A stretch of DNA of 33,368 nucleotides from an uncultured Candidatus Peribacteria bacterium (lineage in GTDB: Bacteria > Patescibacteriota > Gracilibacteria > UBA1369 > LOWO2-01-FULL-3), in contig CAYMGN010000002.1 in NCBI GenBank assembly GCA_964389995.1, positions 1 through 33,368 on the forward strand, in the 5' to 3' direction. How positions within the stretch are numbered: position 1 is the first letter of the stretch; every line of letters starts with the position of its first letter. Positions 1 to 7,717 of the stretch are shown in pieces. Below the pieces are notes generated by a model. It made no database searches. It was not told the DNA's origin and saw nothing but the letters and a program-made list of their open reading frames with translations. A program made the position numbers and the translations under genes.

Positions 1-39
1 GTGCTTGCTTGAAGGCGCTGTCAGGAAGGAGATTTTTTA

Positions 40-714
40 GTGCTCGGAGATTGCGTAAGATCCCTTTGGAGGATTGGGAAAAATTTGCTGAGCTCTGTGG
101 GCAGGTGTTTAGGGATGCGGATGAAATGGATGATGCGGTTGACGCTGGAAAATGCTTTGAAAAATCGATCAATATCTGATCTCCTGAATGAAATTGAGCT
201 GCATATGCCTGGAAGTGCTTTCTCCGAGACTAAGAAACTCAATGAAGATCAAAAATCAGAGATGTCCTTGAGTACAAGAATGGACTTTATCAAAAAAATA
301 CAACTCGGTTTTTGGATGCTACTGATGCTTCCGAAGGCGATGGTCAATGTGATTTCTAGCGGGGGGCCTCCAAGTGAAAATTTGCCTAAAAATATGGGGA
401 TAGTGCATTGCATCCTCGATATTCTGGAAAGAAAAAGGGGACGGCTCCCTACGTCACTGGCAAAGCACTCAAGAGCAATCAATCGCCTGAAAAAAGATTA
501 TTTTGAATATCTCTATGCGCCCACAATAAAAAGAGCGGTGCCAACGCCGGAAGGTTTGGAATCACAGAATCTCGATTGGATAAAATTAGATAACTCTTTT
601 TGCTCTCGCTATTTGAGGGGTCATGTGCCGAAGCAATTTCAAAGTTTTCCGGGGTGGGAGTTTCATTATTTAGAGATCGAGGGCAGGGCGAGGGAGGCAA
701 GATTAGTGATTTAG
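40..714 (+). CDS. hypothetical protein; its 3' end overlaps the next ORF in another frame
   Basis: 224-codon ORF. The GTG start at 40 lies 8 nt after GGAAGGAG (23-31), one of the few good SD boxes in the window. An in-frame TGA at 10-12 closes the frame upstream. No motif recognised. Confidence 0.4.
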   Translation: MLGDCVRSLWRIGKNLLSSVGRCLGMRMKWMMRLTLENALKNRSISDLLNEIELHMPGSAFSETKKLNEDQKSEMSLSTRMDFIKKIQLGFWMLLMLPKAMVNVISSGGPPSENLPKNMGIVHCILDILERKRGRLPTSLAKHSRAINRLKKDYFEYLYAPTIKRAVPTPEGLESQNLDWIKLDNSFCSRYLRGHVPKQFQSFPGWEFHYLEIEGRAREARLVI

Positions 715-1310
715 AAGCGGATCTATCGAGAGCAAGTTTTAAAAATTGCCGTTTTACTAATATGAATTGGGAAAGGGTTGAATTGGATGGTGCGAGTTTT
801 GAAAATTGTGATTTAAGTAGAGATCGGTTTTACTGTAATCAATTAAAGGAGACTAGAATTGTGGATTCTGTCTTAAATTTTCGTAAAATTGGGGGGCCGG
901 ATTTTAGAGATAGCTCGATTATTAATTGCAAAATAGTAACAAATGTGATGGAGATGTTGGCTTTTAGTGGTGGGCATTTCTTAAATACTGATGTCGCTTT
1001 TTACGGAGAAGATAATCGCTGTGTATGGGTAAAATTTGTGGATGGTGCGATAATAGAAAATGCAAAATTCGCTAGAGGTGAAGGTAAAGATGAAAAAAAT
1101 GATCTGAACTTTTATAAACTTGAATTTTTAGGAGTTGAGCTGAGGGGGCCTCTTACTATCAAAGGGGTAATAATCGTGGGCTTGCACTTCAATAATCCGA
1201 TTTTTAATGAGGAAGGTTATCTGGATTTTGTTGATTGTGTAAATCTAGGTGCGACGACATTTGAGAATATGCCTTTTGACAGGATTAGGTGGAGGTCGAG
1301 AGGAGATTAG
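600..1310 (+). CDS. pentapeptide-repeat protein (start uncertain)
   Basis: Translation shows consecutive A(D/N)LXX-type pentads: ADLSR ASFKN CRFTN MNWER VELDG ASFEN CDLSR DRFYC. The repeats begin upstream of the first ATG (762), so the start must be the GTG at 651, the track start at 600, or a frameshift fusion with ORF 40-714. Confidence 0.6.
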   Translation: MLSLFEGSCAEAISKFSGVGVSLFRDRGQGEGGKISDLEADLSRASFKNCRFTNMNWERVELDGASFENCDLSRDRFYCNQLKETRIVDSVLNFRKIGGPDFRDSSIINCKIVTNVMEMLAFSGGHFLNTDVAFYGEDNRCVWVKFVDGAIIENAKFARGEGKDEKNDLNFYKLEFLGVELRGPLTIKGVIIVGLHFNNPIFNEEGYLDFVDCVNLGATTFENMPFDRIRWRSRGD

Positions 1311-1326
1311 ACTTTGATTAAAATAA

Positions 1327-1692
1327 TCAACCGATCAAGCCCTTCACCCGCTGTGCCAACTCTTTAGGAGGCATGTTCAGTTTGACATAGAATTCTTCGG
1401 CGCCGGCGGTGGGGGTCGCTTTTTTGAGTTCGGGGCTGCTGAAATTTGAGAGGATTATTACTTTTGCCTGGGGGAATTTTGCTTTTAAGTCAGTGATGAG
1501 GTCGAGGCCTGAGGTTTTGTTGTCGCCGAGATCAAGATCGAGGATAAATAGGCTTGGATCTTGATCATGGGAGAGATTTTTTACTTCTTCTACTTTTTGT
1601 AAGAGTATCACCTGGTCGGCGATGGTCTCGAGATGCTTTTTGTAGAGCTTTCCCAAGACTGTTTCGTCTTCTACTAAGAAAATTTTTGTCAT
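1327..1692 (-). CDS. single-domain response regulator (CheY/Spo0F-like receiver only)
   Basis: 121 aa. Starts IFLVEDE, has the phospho-acceptor context LFILDLDLGD, and has VIILSN plus a later K. There is no output domain. Its start shares base 1692 with the upstream regulator's stop (ATGA-type overlap). Confidence 0.85.
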   Translation of the reverse strand: MTKIFLVEDETVLGKLYKKHLETIADQVILLQKVEEVKNLSHDQDPSLFILDLDLGDNKTSGLDLITDLKAKFPQAKVIILSNFSSPELKKATPTAGAEEFYVKLNMPPKELAQRVKGLIG

Positions 1693-2378
1693 TATTTCTT
1701 TAATATATAGCCTTCTCCCCTAACTGTACGGATCCATTCTATCCCTTCTGACTCGAGCACTCCCCTTAGCGACTGGACAGCTGACCTGAGGTTGCGATTT
1801 TTGGTCGAGGTTGAATGGTCTCCCCAATAATTCTCTATAAGGTAACTCTTTGTCAATAGGGTTTCCGGATTGTTGATAAATAAAGATAAGAGCCTTTTAT
1901 TTTTAGGGGTGAGAGACTTGAGGGGGTGATTTTTATAAAGGAATTGATTTTTTTTTGGCTCGTAGACGAGGCTGGAATAGCTAGTTTCTTGGCTTTTTGC
2001 TTGAGGTTTTGGTGCTCTGCCCCATCTTTTAACCCTAATGGAGAGCTCCCGAGCATTGTAGGGCTTGGATATATAGTCGTATGCACCTAATTCAAAAGCC
2101 CTTTCGAGATATTTGATCGAAGTACAACAGGTGACAAAAATTATCGGAATGTCTACGGATCTTTCTTTCATCTGTTTGCAAAGCTCCAAGCCGTCTAAAC
2201 TGTCTGCGCCAAGCATGATATCGATGAGGGCGATGTGATAATCTTTATTGAGTAGCTTACCCCAACTTTCCTCATAGTTCGTGGCAATCGATACGAAACA
2301 GTGGCTAAATGAGTCCTCAATAATTTTTTTCAAAGACTGGGCCACCAGGAGCTCGTCTTCGACGATTAATACGTTCAT
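1692..2378 (-). CDS. OmpR/PhoB-family response regulator (receiver + winged helix)
   Basis: Receiver motifs: NVLIVEDE, IALIDIMLG, IPIIFVT, DYISKP. The C-terminal winged-helix signature is LTPKNKRLLSLF...IRTVRGEGYIL. Confidence 0.9.
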   Translation of the reverse strand: MNVLIVEDELLVAQSLKKIIEDSFSHCFVSIATNYEESWGKLLNKDYHIALIDIMLGADSLDGLELCKQMKERSVDIPIIFVTCCTSIKYLERAFELGAYDYISKPYNARELSIRVKRWGRAPKPQAKSQETSYSSLVYEPKKNQFLYKNHPLKSLTPKNKRLLSLFINNPETLLTKSYLIENYWGDHSTSTKNRNLRSAVQSLRGVLESEGIEWIRTVRGEGYILKK

Positions 2379-2457
2379 TTATGAAAAATTTATGACAACT
2401 CTTTGGTATATTATTGATTTTGTTTTAATTTATAAAGGAGTGCGTTAGAATTCTGCC

Positions 2458-3015
2458 ATGATTGAAAATAAGGATCACCTGCAGCATTTTTTATTTAATA
2501 TTTTGACGATATTAAATTCTTACGTTGCTGATTTAGGAGATTCGGAGGATAAAGAGACAATCACTAACCTGATCCAAGCGGTAGTCTTGATAGTGGCTCA
2601 TGAGGATTTTTTGCTCGATAGAAAGACAAAAATCGTGGCTGAGGAGTTTCAGATCGGAGAATTACTAGAACTCTTAGTAGATATCTATGGCAAAGAATCT
2701 GTAAAAGTTAATTATGCCAATAAAGATCAAAAAATCAAAATCGGAAAGTATTATTTCTGGGAAGCCTTGAAACAGCTTGTGGCTTGCTTACTGCGCCATA
2801 ATGAAAGTATAGAAATAAAGTATAGCGATCATCAGCTGCATATTGCCGCAAAAGTACCTGAGTCCGCTATGAATACAGAGGCTGAGCTTTCTAAAATTCT
2901 CAAAACGAGCTTAGCTTTGGATATGACTTTTCAATGTTGTGTGGCTTTGACCATTTTCAAGAAAATTGCCAAAGGGCTGGAAGTGAAAAATGATAAAGTT
3001 GTCATTTTTTTGTAA
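2458..3015 (+). CDS. histidine-kinase-core-like protein with degenerate ATP-binding boxes (possible Spo0B/ChpT-like phosphotransferase or pseudokinase)
   Basis: 185 aa. A two-helix N-terminus carries His residues (DHLQHFLFNILTILNSY; ITNLIQAVVLIVAHEDF). It is followed by a CA-like layout (EFQIGELLELLVDIYG ... EALKQLVACLLRH ... IEIKYSDHQLHIAAKV ... VVIFL) but has no N, DxGxG or GxGxG boxes. Confidence 0.4.
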   Translation: MIENKDHLQHFLFNILTILNSYVADLGDSEDKETITNLIQAVVLIVAHEDFLLDRKTKIVAEEFQIGELLELLVDIYGKESVKVNYANKDQKIKIGKYYFWEALKQLVACLLRHNESIEIKYSDHQLHIAAKVPESAMNTEAELSKILKTSLALDMTFQCCVALTIFKKIAKGLEVKNDKVVIFL

Positions 3016-3025
3016 TACCTATATG

Positions 3026-3060
3026 TAAATAACTTTATTAGGATGTTGTAAAGTTATTTA
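3026..3060. promoter_or_regulatory. perfect 12-bp inverted repeat (TAAATAACTTTA-N11-TAAAGTTATTTA) just upstream of the soluble kinase gene
   Basis: Arms at 3026-3037 and 3049-3060 are exact reverse complements. The element lies in the 52-bp gap between genes 2458-3015 and 3068-3997. Confidence 0.35.
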
Positions 3061-3067
3061 TGATGAG

Positions 3068-3997
3068 ATGTTAGAATTGAATAAAACAACTGACCCTACT
3101 GAACTTTCGTCTGAAAGCAATGAATTTGTGCATGATCTGCGCAATTTGATGGGGCTGATACAGTTTGTGTTTAACGTGCATGGATCCGAACTTGATGGTG
3201 TGCCGAGACTTAAAGCCTTGAAAGAAAAATATGATGATATTTGTGATTTGATCAGGGAAACTAATGCGGGGCCGAGTTTGAGACTGGCGGCGCTGGCTAT
3301 TGTCCAAGAAGCAAATGTCATCTGCCACGAATTAGATGAAATCATGCTAGAAATAGTGGAAACAAGAGAAACTGATTTAAGAGGACATGAGATTGTAGTG
3401 AGATGTCTGAAGTATTTTAGAGAAACACTTGAGGCTTATAAGGATGAGAAAGAAAATGTGGCGGAGATAGCCTGCTCTTCTTTTCTTGAATGTTTTACCA
3501 AGTGTTTGAGAAACTACTTTGAGTATCAAGGTATCACGCTTTCTTTTCGAGATTTTACAGATGGAGAATTAACAACGATCTCGATGCCGGAGCTGGCATT
3601 GTTTAATATCATTTTAGAATTAGTGAGGAATGCTGCTGACTCTATCGAATTAGCGGAGATAGGTGACGGGATGGTGGAAATTGAGCTGAGAAGAGCTTCA
3701 GGGGATTTTGCTCTGCCTGGAGTGTCAGTTTTGATCAGAGACAATGGCCACGGGATCAGTAATGGCTTTGAAGACTATATTTTTAAACGAGGAGCTACCA
3801 CTAAATTAATGGGTACTGGTAAAGGCCTAGCAATGATCAGAGATATTCTCAATAAGTATGGAGGGCAAATTAGCTTGATCTCTAATTCACGACGGGGAGC
3901 TGTTTTTGAAATATTCTTTTTGCAACCAGATGACGTTGAAAATCTAATGACTGATTGTAACGAAGTGATGCTATCTATGATTGCTGAGGAGGAGTGA
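3068..3997 (+). CDS. cytoplasmic sensor histidine kinase (no transmembrane segments)
   Basis: H-box FVHDLRNLMGLI, N-box ILELVRNAADS, G1 IRDNGHGI, and G2 GTGKGLAMIRDILNKYGGQISL followed by GAVFEIFF. Confidence 0.85.
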   Translation: MLELNKTTDPTELSSESNEFVHDLRNLMGLIQFVFNVHGSELDGVPRLKALKEKYDDICDLIRETNAGPSLRLAALAIVQEANVICHELDEIMLEIVETRETDLRGHEIVVRCLKYFRETLEAYKDEKENVAEIACSSFLECFTKCLRNYFEYQGITLSFRDFTDGELTTISMPELALFNIILELVRNAADSIELAEIGDGMVEIELRRASGDFALPGVSVLIRDNGHGISNGFEDYIFKRGATTKLMGTGKGLAMIRDILNKYGGQISLISNSRRGAVFEIFFLQPDDVENLMTDCNEVMLSMIAEEE

Positions 3998-6107
3998 TTT
4001 TTTTTGGGAGGGTAATGATAAATACTGCTCCTTGGTGCTCATTGTCCTCGATGGAGATTTGGCCGCCGTGGGCCTCAATGATTTTTTTGCAGATGAAGAG
4101 CCCCATCCCGATGCCTTTGCCTTTGCCAATGCTAGAATTTCCGGTGGAAAATTTGTTAAAAATTTCGGTTTTTTCTTGGTCAGGGATCCCTCTACCATTG
4201 TCAATGATGCGGATTTCAAGATCTGAGGGAGTTTCAGTTAACTTGAGGGCGATTTTAGCGTGATTTTCCGGTGTGAATTTTGCGGCGTTGGTCAGGAGAT
4301 TGAGGCATACCTGGCGCATTTGGTCGAGATCGATGGATATTTCTCTAATGCTGATATCGGAATGAAAACTAAATGTAAGCCCTTTGCGCTGGGATTGGAG
4401 CTGAAAGCCGTGGAAGATTTTTTGGAAGAAAGCTTCCGGATTAACCGGACTGAGATGGAGATTGATTTTGTTGAGGTCATACTTTTCGACATCGAATAGC
4501 TTTTGGCTGAGATTTTTGAGGGCGTCGAGGGACTCAAGGACTGTTTGTAGTTCTGTTTGGACCTCGGATACGTGTTCGTGACTATCGATGATATCGATCA
4601 ATTGAAACAGCGCGATGCTAAGCGGAGTGCGAAATTCGTGTGAGGTAACGGCAATAAAATCGCTTTGTTGTTTGACCAGTTGTTCGATGTCCTTGATCTT
4701 ATTTTTTAATTCTTGAGTCTTTTGATTGATGATGTTCTTCATAATGTTGTTTTCTTGCTCGAGATTCTGCTTGATGAGGATATTCATCCAGGAAACTTCG
4801 AGATGAGTTTTGACTTTTTTGATTTCATCGATTTCTTCTAATGAATAAGCGGCGCCATCGGATTTTTCGCCGAGGAGAAATAGTCCGATCAACCTGTTTT
4901 CCGTAAAAAGTGGAGTGCAGATTTCGGCTTTGAGCATCTTCATTTTTACGGAGAGTATTTTTTTGAAGGGGTCTGAGAGTTTGAGATATTGGATTTCTTT
5001 CTTCACTAGTAATGGGGTTTTTGAGGTTTTGAGAATTTCAGTGAACTCGTCGTCTTTGTATTGGGGAATATTCATTTCTAGAGTTTGTTTGCGGACAGAA
5101 AAAATTTCGGCGCGGCTGAGATGGAGTTTTTGGATAAAGCTTTCTTCGATCAAGCTTTGGAGGGATTCGTAAGTCTTGCAGTGATAGGCGCGGATGCAGA
5201 CTTCGACCACAGTGTTTTTAAATTCTTGCACTCCCCTACCGGTAAACTTCGGTAAATTTTGAAAAATGATGTAAGTGAGGATAAGGGAAATGACACTGCT
5301 GACGATAAATGAGAGTCTTTCACTCAAAAAAGATTCGGTGAGGGAGATTAATAAAATTTCTGAGGCTAAAAATGCGGTGATGAGGATGAGGTACATCAAG
5401 GCGTTGAGAGCGAGTGTGGAAAACTCGAAAAAGCGGAATTTGCGGATAGCGATAAAGGTGGGGACGCTGAAAAATAACAGTGAGACCACTACTTCTGACT
5501 GGAGGATGAAAATGTTAAATAGAGGCAAAATCACGTTGATAACCATGGCAAAAATATAGAAGGCAAAAAATCCAGTTGCGGCCATGGAGATTTTTTTGCG
5601 ATCGATGCCTTGAGTTTTGATGATCTTGTAGATGGCAATGACGACGGCAATAGCGAGATGAATCAAAATATAAATACCATACAGAGGATGCATGGGACCT
5701 AAAATGTCAGCTACCCAAATGCCGTCTTCGATGATCTGTTCCTCCAAAACCAGAGGTGTAAAAGTGGTGAGGATGAAGAAAAGGGCGTAAAACAATAGCA
5801 GTGGATAGCTAAGCTTTTTGGGCCATTTGAAGGTTTTTTTGGGGAAGAAATAGAAGAATATAGGGACGCAGATGGGGATCAAGGTGGATAAACCATAGGC
5901 CAAGCGGCCAAAAACGAATGAAAGTTGGGGGTAGATGCCGGGCGTAAAAAGTGAAATGTAGAGTGAAAGTGCCCACAAAGAACCAAAGAGACAGAAAAAG
6001 AAAAAGGTCTGATTGCTTCTTTTTTTGTGATTGGCAGAGAGGGTGATGATCCCTAAGAGGAAACTGATCAGTGCGGAAATGCCAAACAGGATGGTTAGAT
6101 AGAGCAT
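3975..6107 (-). CDS. polytopic membrane sensor histidine kinase
   Basis: 710 aa. The N-terminal ~290 aa contain multiple hydrophobic helices, followed by a central GAF-like region. H-box VTSHEFRTPLSIA, N-box LLTNAAKF, G1 IIDNGRGIP, G2 GKGIGMGLFICKKIIEAHGGQISI. Its 3' end overlaps the convergent kinase gene by 23 bp (3975-3997). Confidence 0.9.
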   Translation of the reverse strand: MLYLTILFGISALISFLLGIITLSANHKKRSNQTFFFFCLFGSLWALSLYISLFTPGIYPQLSFVFGRLAYGLSTLIPICVPIFFYFFPKKTFKWPKKLSYPLLLFYALFFILTTFTPLVLEEQIIEDGIWVADILGPMHPLYGIYILIHLAIAVVIAIYKIIKTQGIDRKKISMAATGFFAFYIFAMVINVILPLFNIFILQSEVVVSLLFFSVPTFIAIRKFRFFEFSTLALNALMYLILITAFLASEILLISLTESFLSERLSFIVSSVISLILTYIIFQNLPKFTGRGVQEFKNTVVEVCIRAYHCKTYESLQSLIEESFIQKLHLSRAEIFSVRKQTLEMNIPQYKDDEFTEILKTSKTPLLVKKEIQYLKLSDPFKKILSVKMKMLKAEICTPLFTENRLIGLFLLGEKSDGAAYSLEEIDEIKKVKTHLEVSWMNILIKQNLEQENNIMKNIINQKTQELKNKIKDIEQLVKQQSDFIAVTSHEFRTPLSIALFQLIDIIDSHEHVSEVQTELQTVLESLDALKNLSQKLFDVEKYDLNKINLHLSPVNPEAFFQKIFHGFQLQSQRKGLTFSFHSDISIREISIDLDQMRQVCLNLLTNAAKFTPENHAKIALKLTETPSDLEIRIIDNGRGIPDQEKTEIFNKFSTGNSSIGKGKGIGMGLFICKKIIEAHGGQISIEDNEHQGAVFIITLPKKITPPQQS

Positions 6108-6114
6108 TGCTCAA

Positions 6115-6143
6115 AGAGTAGAGCGGGAGCGGCCGCTAGTCAA
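6115..6143 (-). promoter_or_regulatory. candidate internal promoter for the sensor kinase gene (TTGACT-N17-TACTCT); only 7 nt separate the -10 from the ATG
   Basis: On the minus strand, -35 TTGACT = 6138-6143, the spacer is 17 nt, and -10 TACTCT = 6115-6120. The start codon is at 6107-6105. This implies a leaderless or near-leaderless transcript. Confidence 0.3.
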
Positions 6144-6155
6144 TAGCGCTCAATC

Positions 6156-6176
6156 TATTTGTCACTATTTTGTCAC
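6156..6176 (-). repeat. tandem direct repeat GTGACAAAATA / GTGACAAATA (minus-strand sense) spanning the stop codon of the SET-fusion gene
   Basis: Plus-strand tatttgtcac (6156-6165) is directly followed by tattttgtcac (6166-6176). The repeat lies 13-33 nt upstream of the candidate -35 for the kinase gene. Confidence 0.6.
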
Positions 6177-7706
6177 TTCCTGAGGTTGTCGGCGAAATTT
6201 TTCCTTAGGTAAGCTGATGAGATCGGCAAAAGTTCTGAGTGAGCCGAGCATGATGGTGTAGTGTTCGCTGAGGGATCCGGGGACTTCGATGAGGCCTGCT
6301 CTCTTGACGATGTTTTGAAATCTGGATCCTTGCTCTGCTTCTCCGATGACGGCGAGGTTGTCCTTGATATCATCGGGGATGGAGTCCATGAAATTTTGCA
6401 ACATGATCGGGAGATAGCCTGTACGGCGGATTTTGGGACTGGTGATGGAGCAATTGTAGAGAAAAACTTGGCCATCGGGAGTGATATCGGGGCCTTGGTA
6501 GCTTTTTGAGGTGTCGATTCTTTCCTTAATGCTTTGATAAAATTGGTTGAAGTCTCGTTCGTACTGAGGATCTTGAGTGGCGGTATAGGCGTAGGGATGG
6601 CCCCATTCTTCGGAGTGGAAGGCTTCTCGTAAGGTGCGGACATTGCCAAAGCTAATGCCGAGGATTTCGGCTGTGTCTTGATCTCGGAGGAGAGTGACGA
6701 TTGCTTTGTCTAGGAATTTTTGTCTGAGCTTTTCGTGGGTTTTGTCCGGGTCCATTACGAGGACCATTGGCTCCTTACAGCAAGGGCAATCGGGAATCAT
6801 CGGCGAAAAATCGATTACCTCTATGGGGATGTCTTGTCCGCTATTGGCGTAAACGTCTTTTGCTGAGAAGCGCATTCCTTCTGGTTTTGTGCTGTCGCAA
6901 GGGGGGCAGGTGACGTAATTGAGCCAATCATTGCTAAAGGTGAGACGGAAAAAATCGGAGATTTCTCTGATTGCGCTTTCGTCCAGGGGTGAGTAGAGAG
7001 TTTCTATCCTTGCTTTGGGGATTGGTTTTTCTGCTGTTTGCTGGAGAGGATCGGTATCTTCCTTGATCCAGTTGAGAGTGTATGGGGCGTATTCTGAGCG
7101 GATATGCTCTGGCAAATCTCGATAGGCCGTTACTGTGCCTCGACAACGCGGAGAGCCACATTTGCAATCTTGCATCTGCCAGTTGCTGTTTTCGGACATG
7201 GCATAGTCCCAACAGATTTCTTCGCCGGGTTTGATTTCGCGTCTGGTGACGATGGCTACGGCATTATCTGGCAGTCCTGGGACACGGTAGCCATCGACTA
7301 AGCCGCAGTTGGGGTCGCAGGAATGATTGATTTGTTCTGCGAGGCCATGGTGGAGGGCGAAGCTGTCAGGGCCATTTTGTACTACCCGGTCTATGAGCCA
7401 GGTCCAGCCCAGGGATTGAATGTCTTCTGCTCTAAATGTTTGGCCGTACTGGGGATCAAAGGCGGCGATTAATTCTCCGGGGTTGATTTTTTCGTGGGCG
7501 AAGACGCCGATGCCTTTTTCTGGACTTTGTTTGATGGTAGCTTTGGGGTTATCGAGGGGGTGGGGGCGGTATTCGATGTGACTAGAGTTTAGCTGCATCA
7601 GTAAGCGTTGGCTGAGGAGAGCAGATAAATTCTTAGTTTCTTCATCGTTTCGCTCGGATGCGGATTCTGATGATCTTTCAACTTCGTAAGTTGTTTGTTC
7701 TTCCAT
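6165..7706 (-). CDS. SET-domain methyltransferase fused to a ~280-aa C-terminal GNAT-like domain carrying a four-Cys cluster
   Basis: SET signatures: GIGVFA, INHSCDPNC, EEICWDY, and the post-SET motif CKCGSPRCRG (residues ~57-192, nt ~7131-7538). The C-terminal part (nt ~6168-7004) has CPPC ... CPCC and a GNAT-like strand/helix pattern (VFLYNCSITSPKIRRTGYLPIMLQNF ... FQNIVKRAGLIEV). Confidence 0.8.
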   Translation of the reverse strand: MEEQTTYEVERSSESASERNDEETKNLSALLSQRLLMQLNSSHIEYRPHPLDNPKATIKQSPEKGIGVFAHEKINPGELIAAFDPQYGQTFRAEDIQSLGWTWLIDRVVQNGPDSFALHHGLAEQINHSCDPNCGLVDGYRVPGLPDNAVAIVTRREIKPGEEICWDYAMSENSNWQMQDCKCGSPRCRGTVTAYRDLPEHIRSEYAPYTLNWIKEDTDPLQQTAEKPIPKARIETLYSPLDESAIREISDFFRLTFSNDWLNYVTCPPCDSTKPEGMRFSAKDVYANSGQDIPIEVIDFSPMIPDCPCCKEPMVLVMDPDKTHEKLRQKFLDKAIVTLLRDQDTAEILGISFGNVRTLREAFHSEEWGHPYAYTATQDPQYERDFNQFYQSIKERIDTSKSYQGPDITPDGQVFLYNCSITSPKIRRTGYLPIMLQNFMDSIPDDIKDNLAVIGEAEQGSRFQNIVKRAGLIEVPGSLSEHYTIMLGSLRTFADLISLPKEKFRRQPQEVTK

Positions 7707-7717
7707 AATAAATTTGG

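Noticed and set aside
2378-2395. TTTATGA-N4-TTTATGA direct repeat (2378-2384 and 2389-2395) next to the start of the OmpR-type regulator gene, as a possible autoregulatory site.
   Set aside because: It is short and AT-rich, and the first copy overlaps the start codon itself. Chance occurrence in an AT-rich intergenic region is likely, so it is not strong enough for a separate claim.
2443-3078. A shared 9-mer GTTAGAATT near the starts of genes 2458 and 3068.
   Set aside because: The two copies occupy different positions relative to the start codons: one is upstream and the other forms codons 1-4. A single 9-nt coincidence cannot be evaluated without statistics.
6128-6137. GC-rich palindrome AGCGGCCGCT between the SET-fusion and kinase genes, as a possible terminator.
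   Set aside because: It is a loop-less 10-bp palindrome with no downstream T-run on the minus strand. It falls inside the 17-nt spacer of the candidate kinase promoter.
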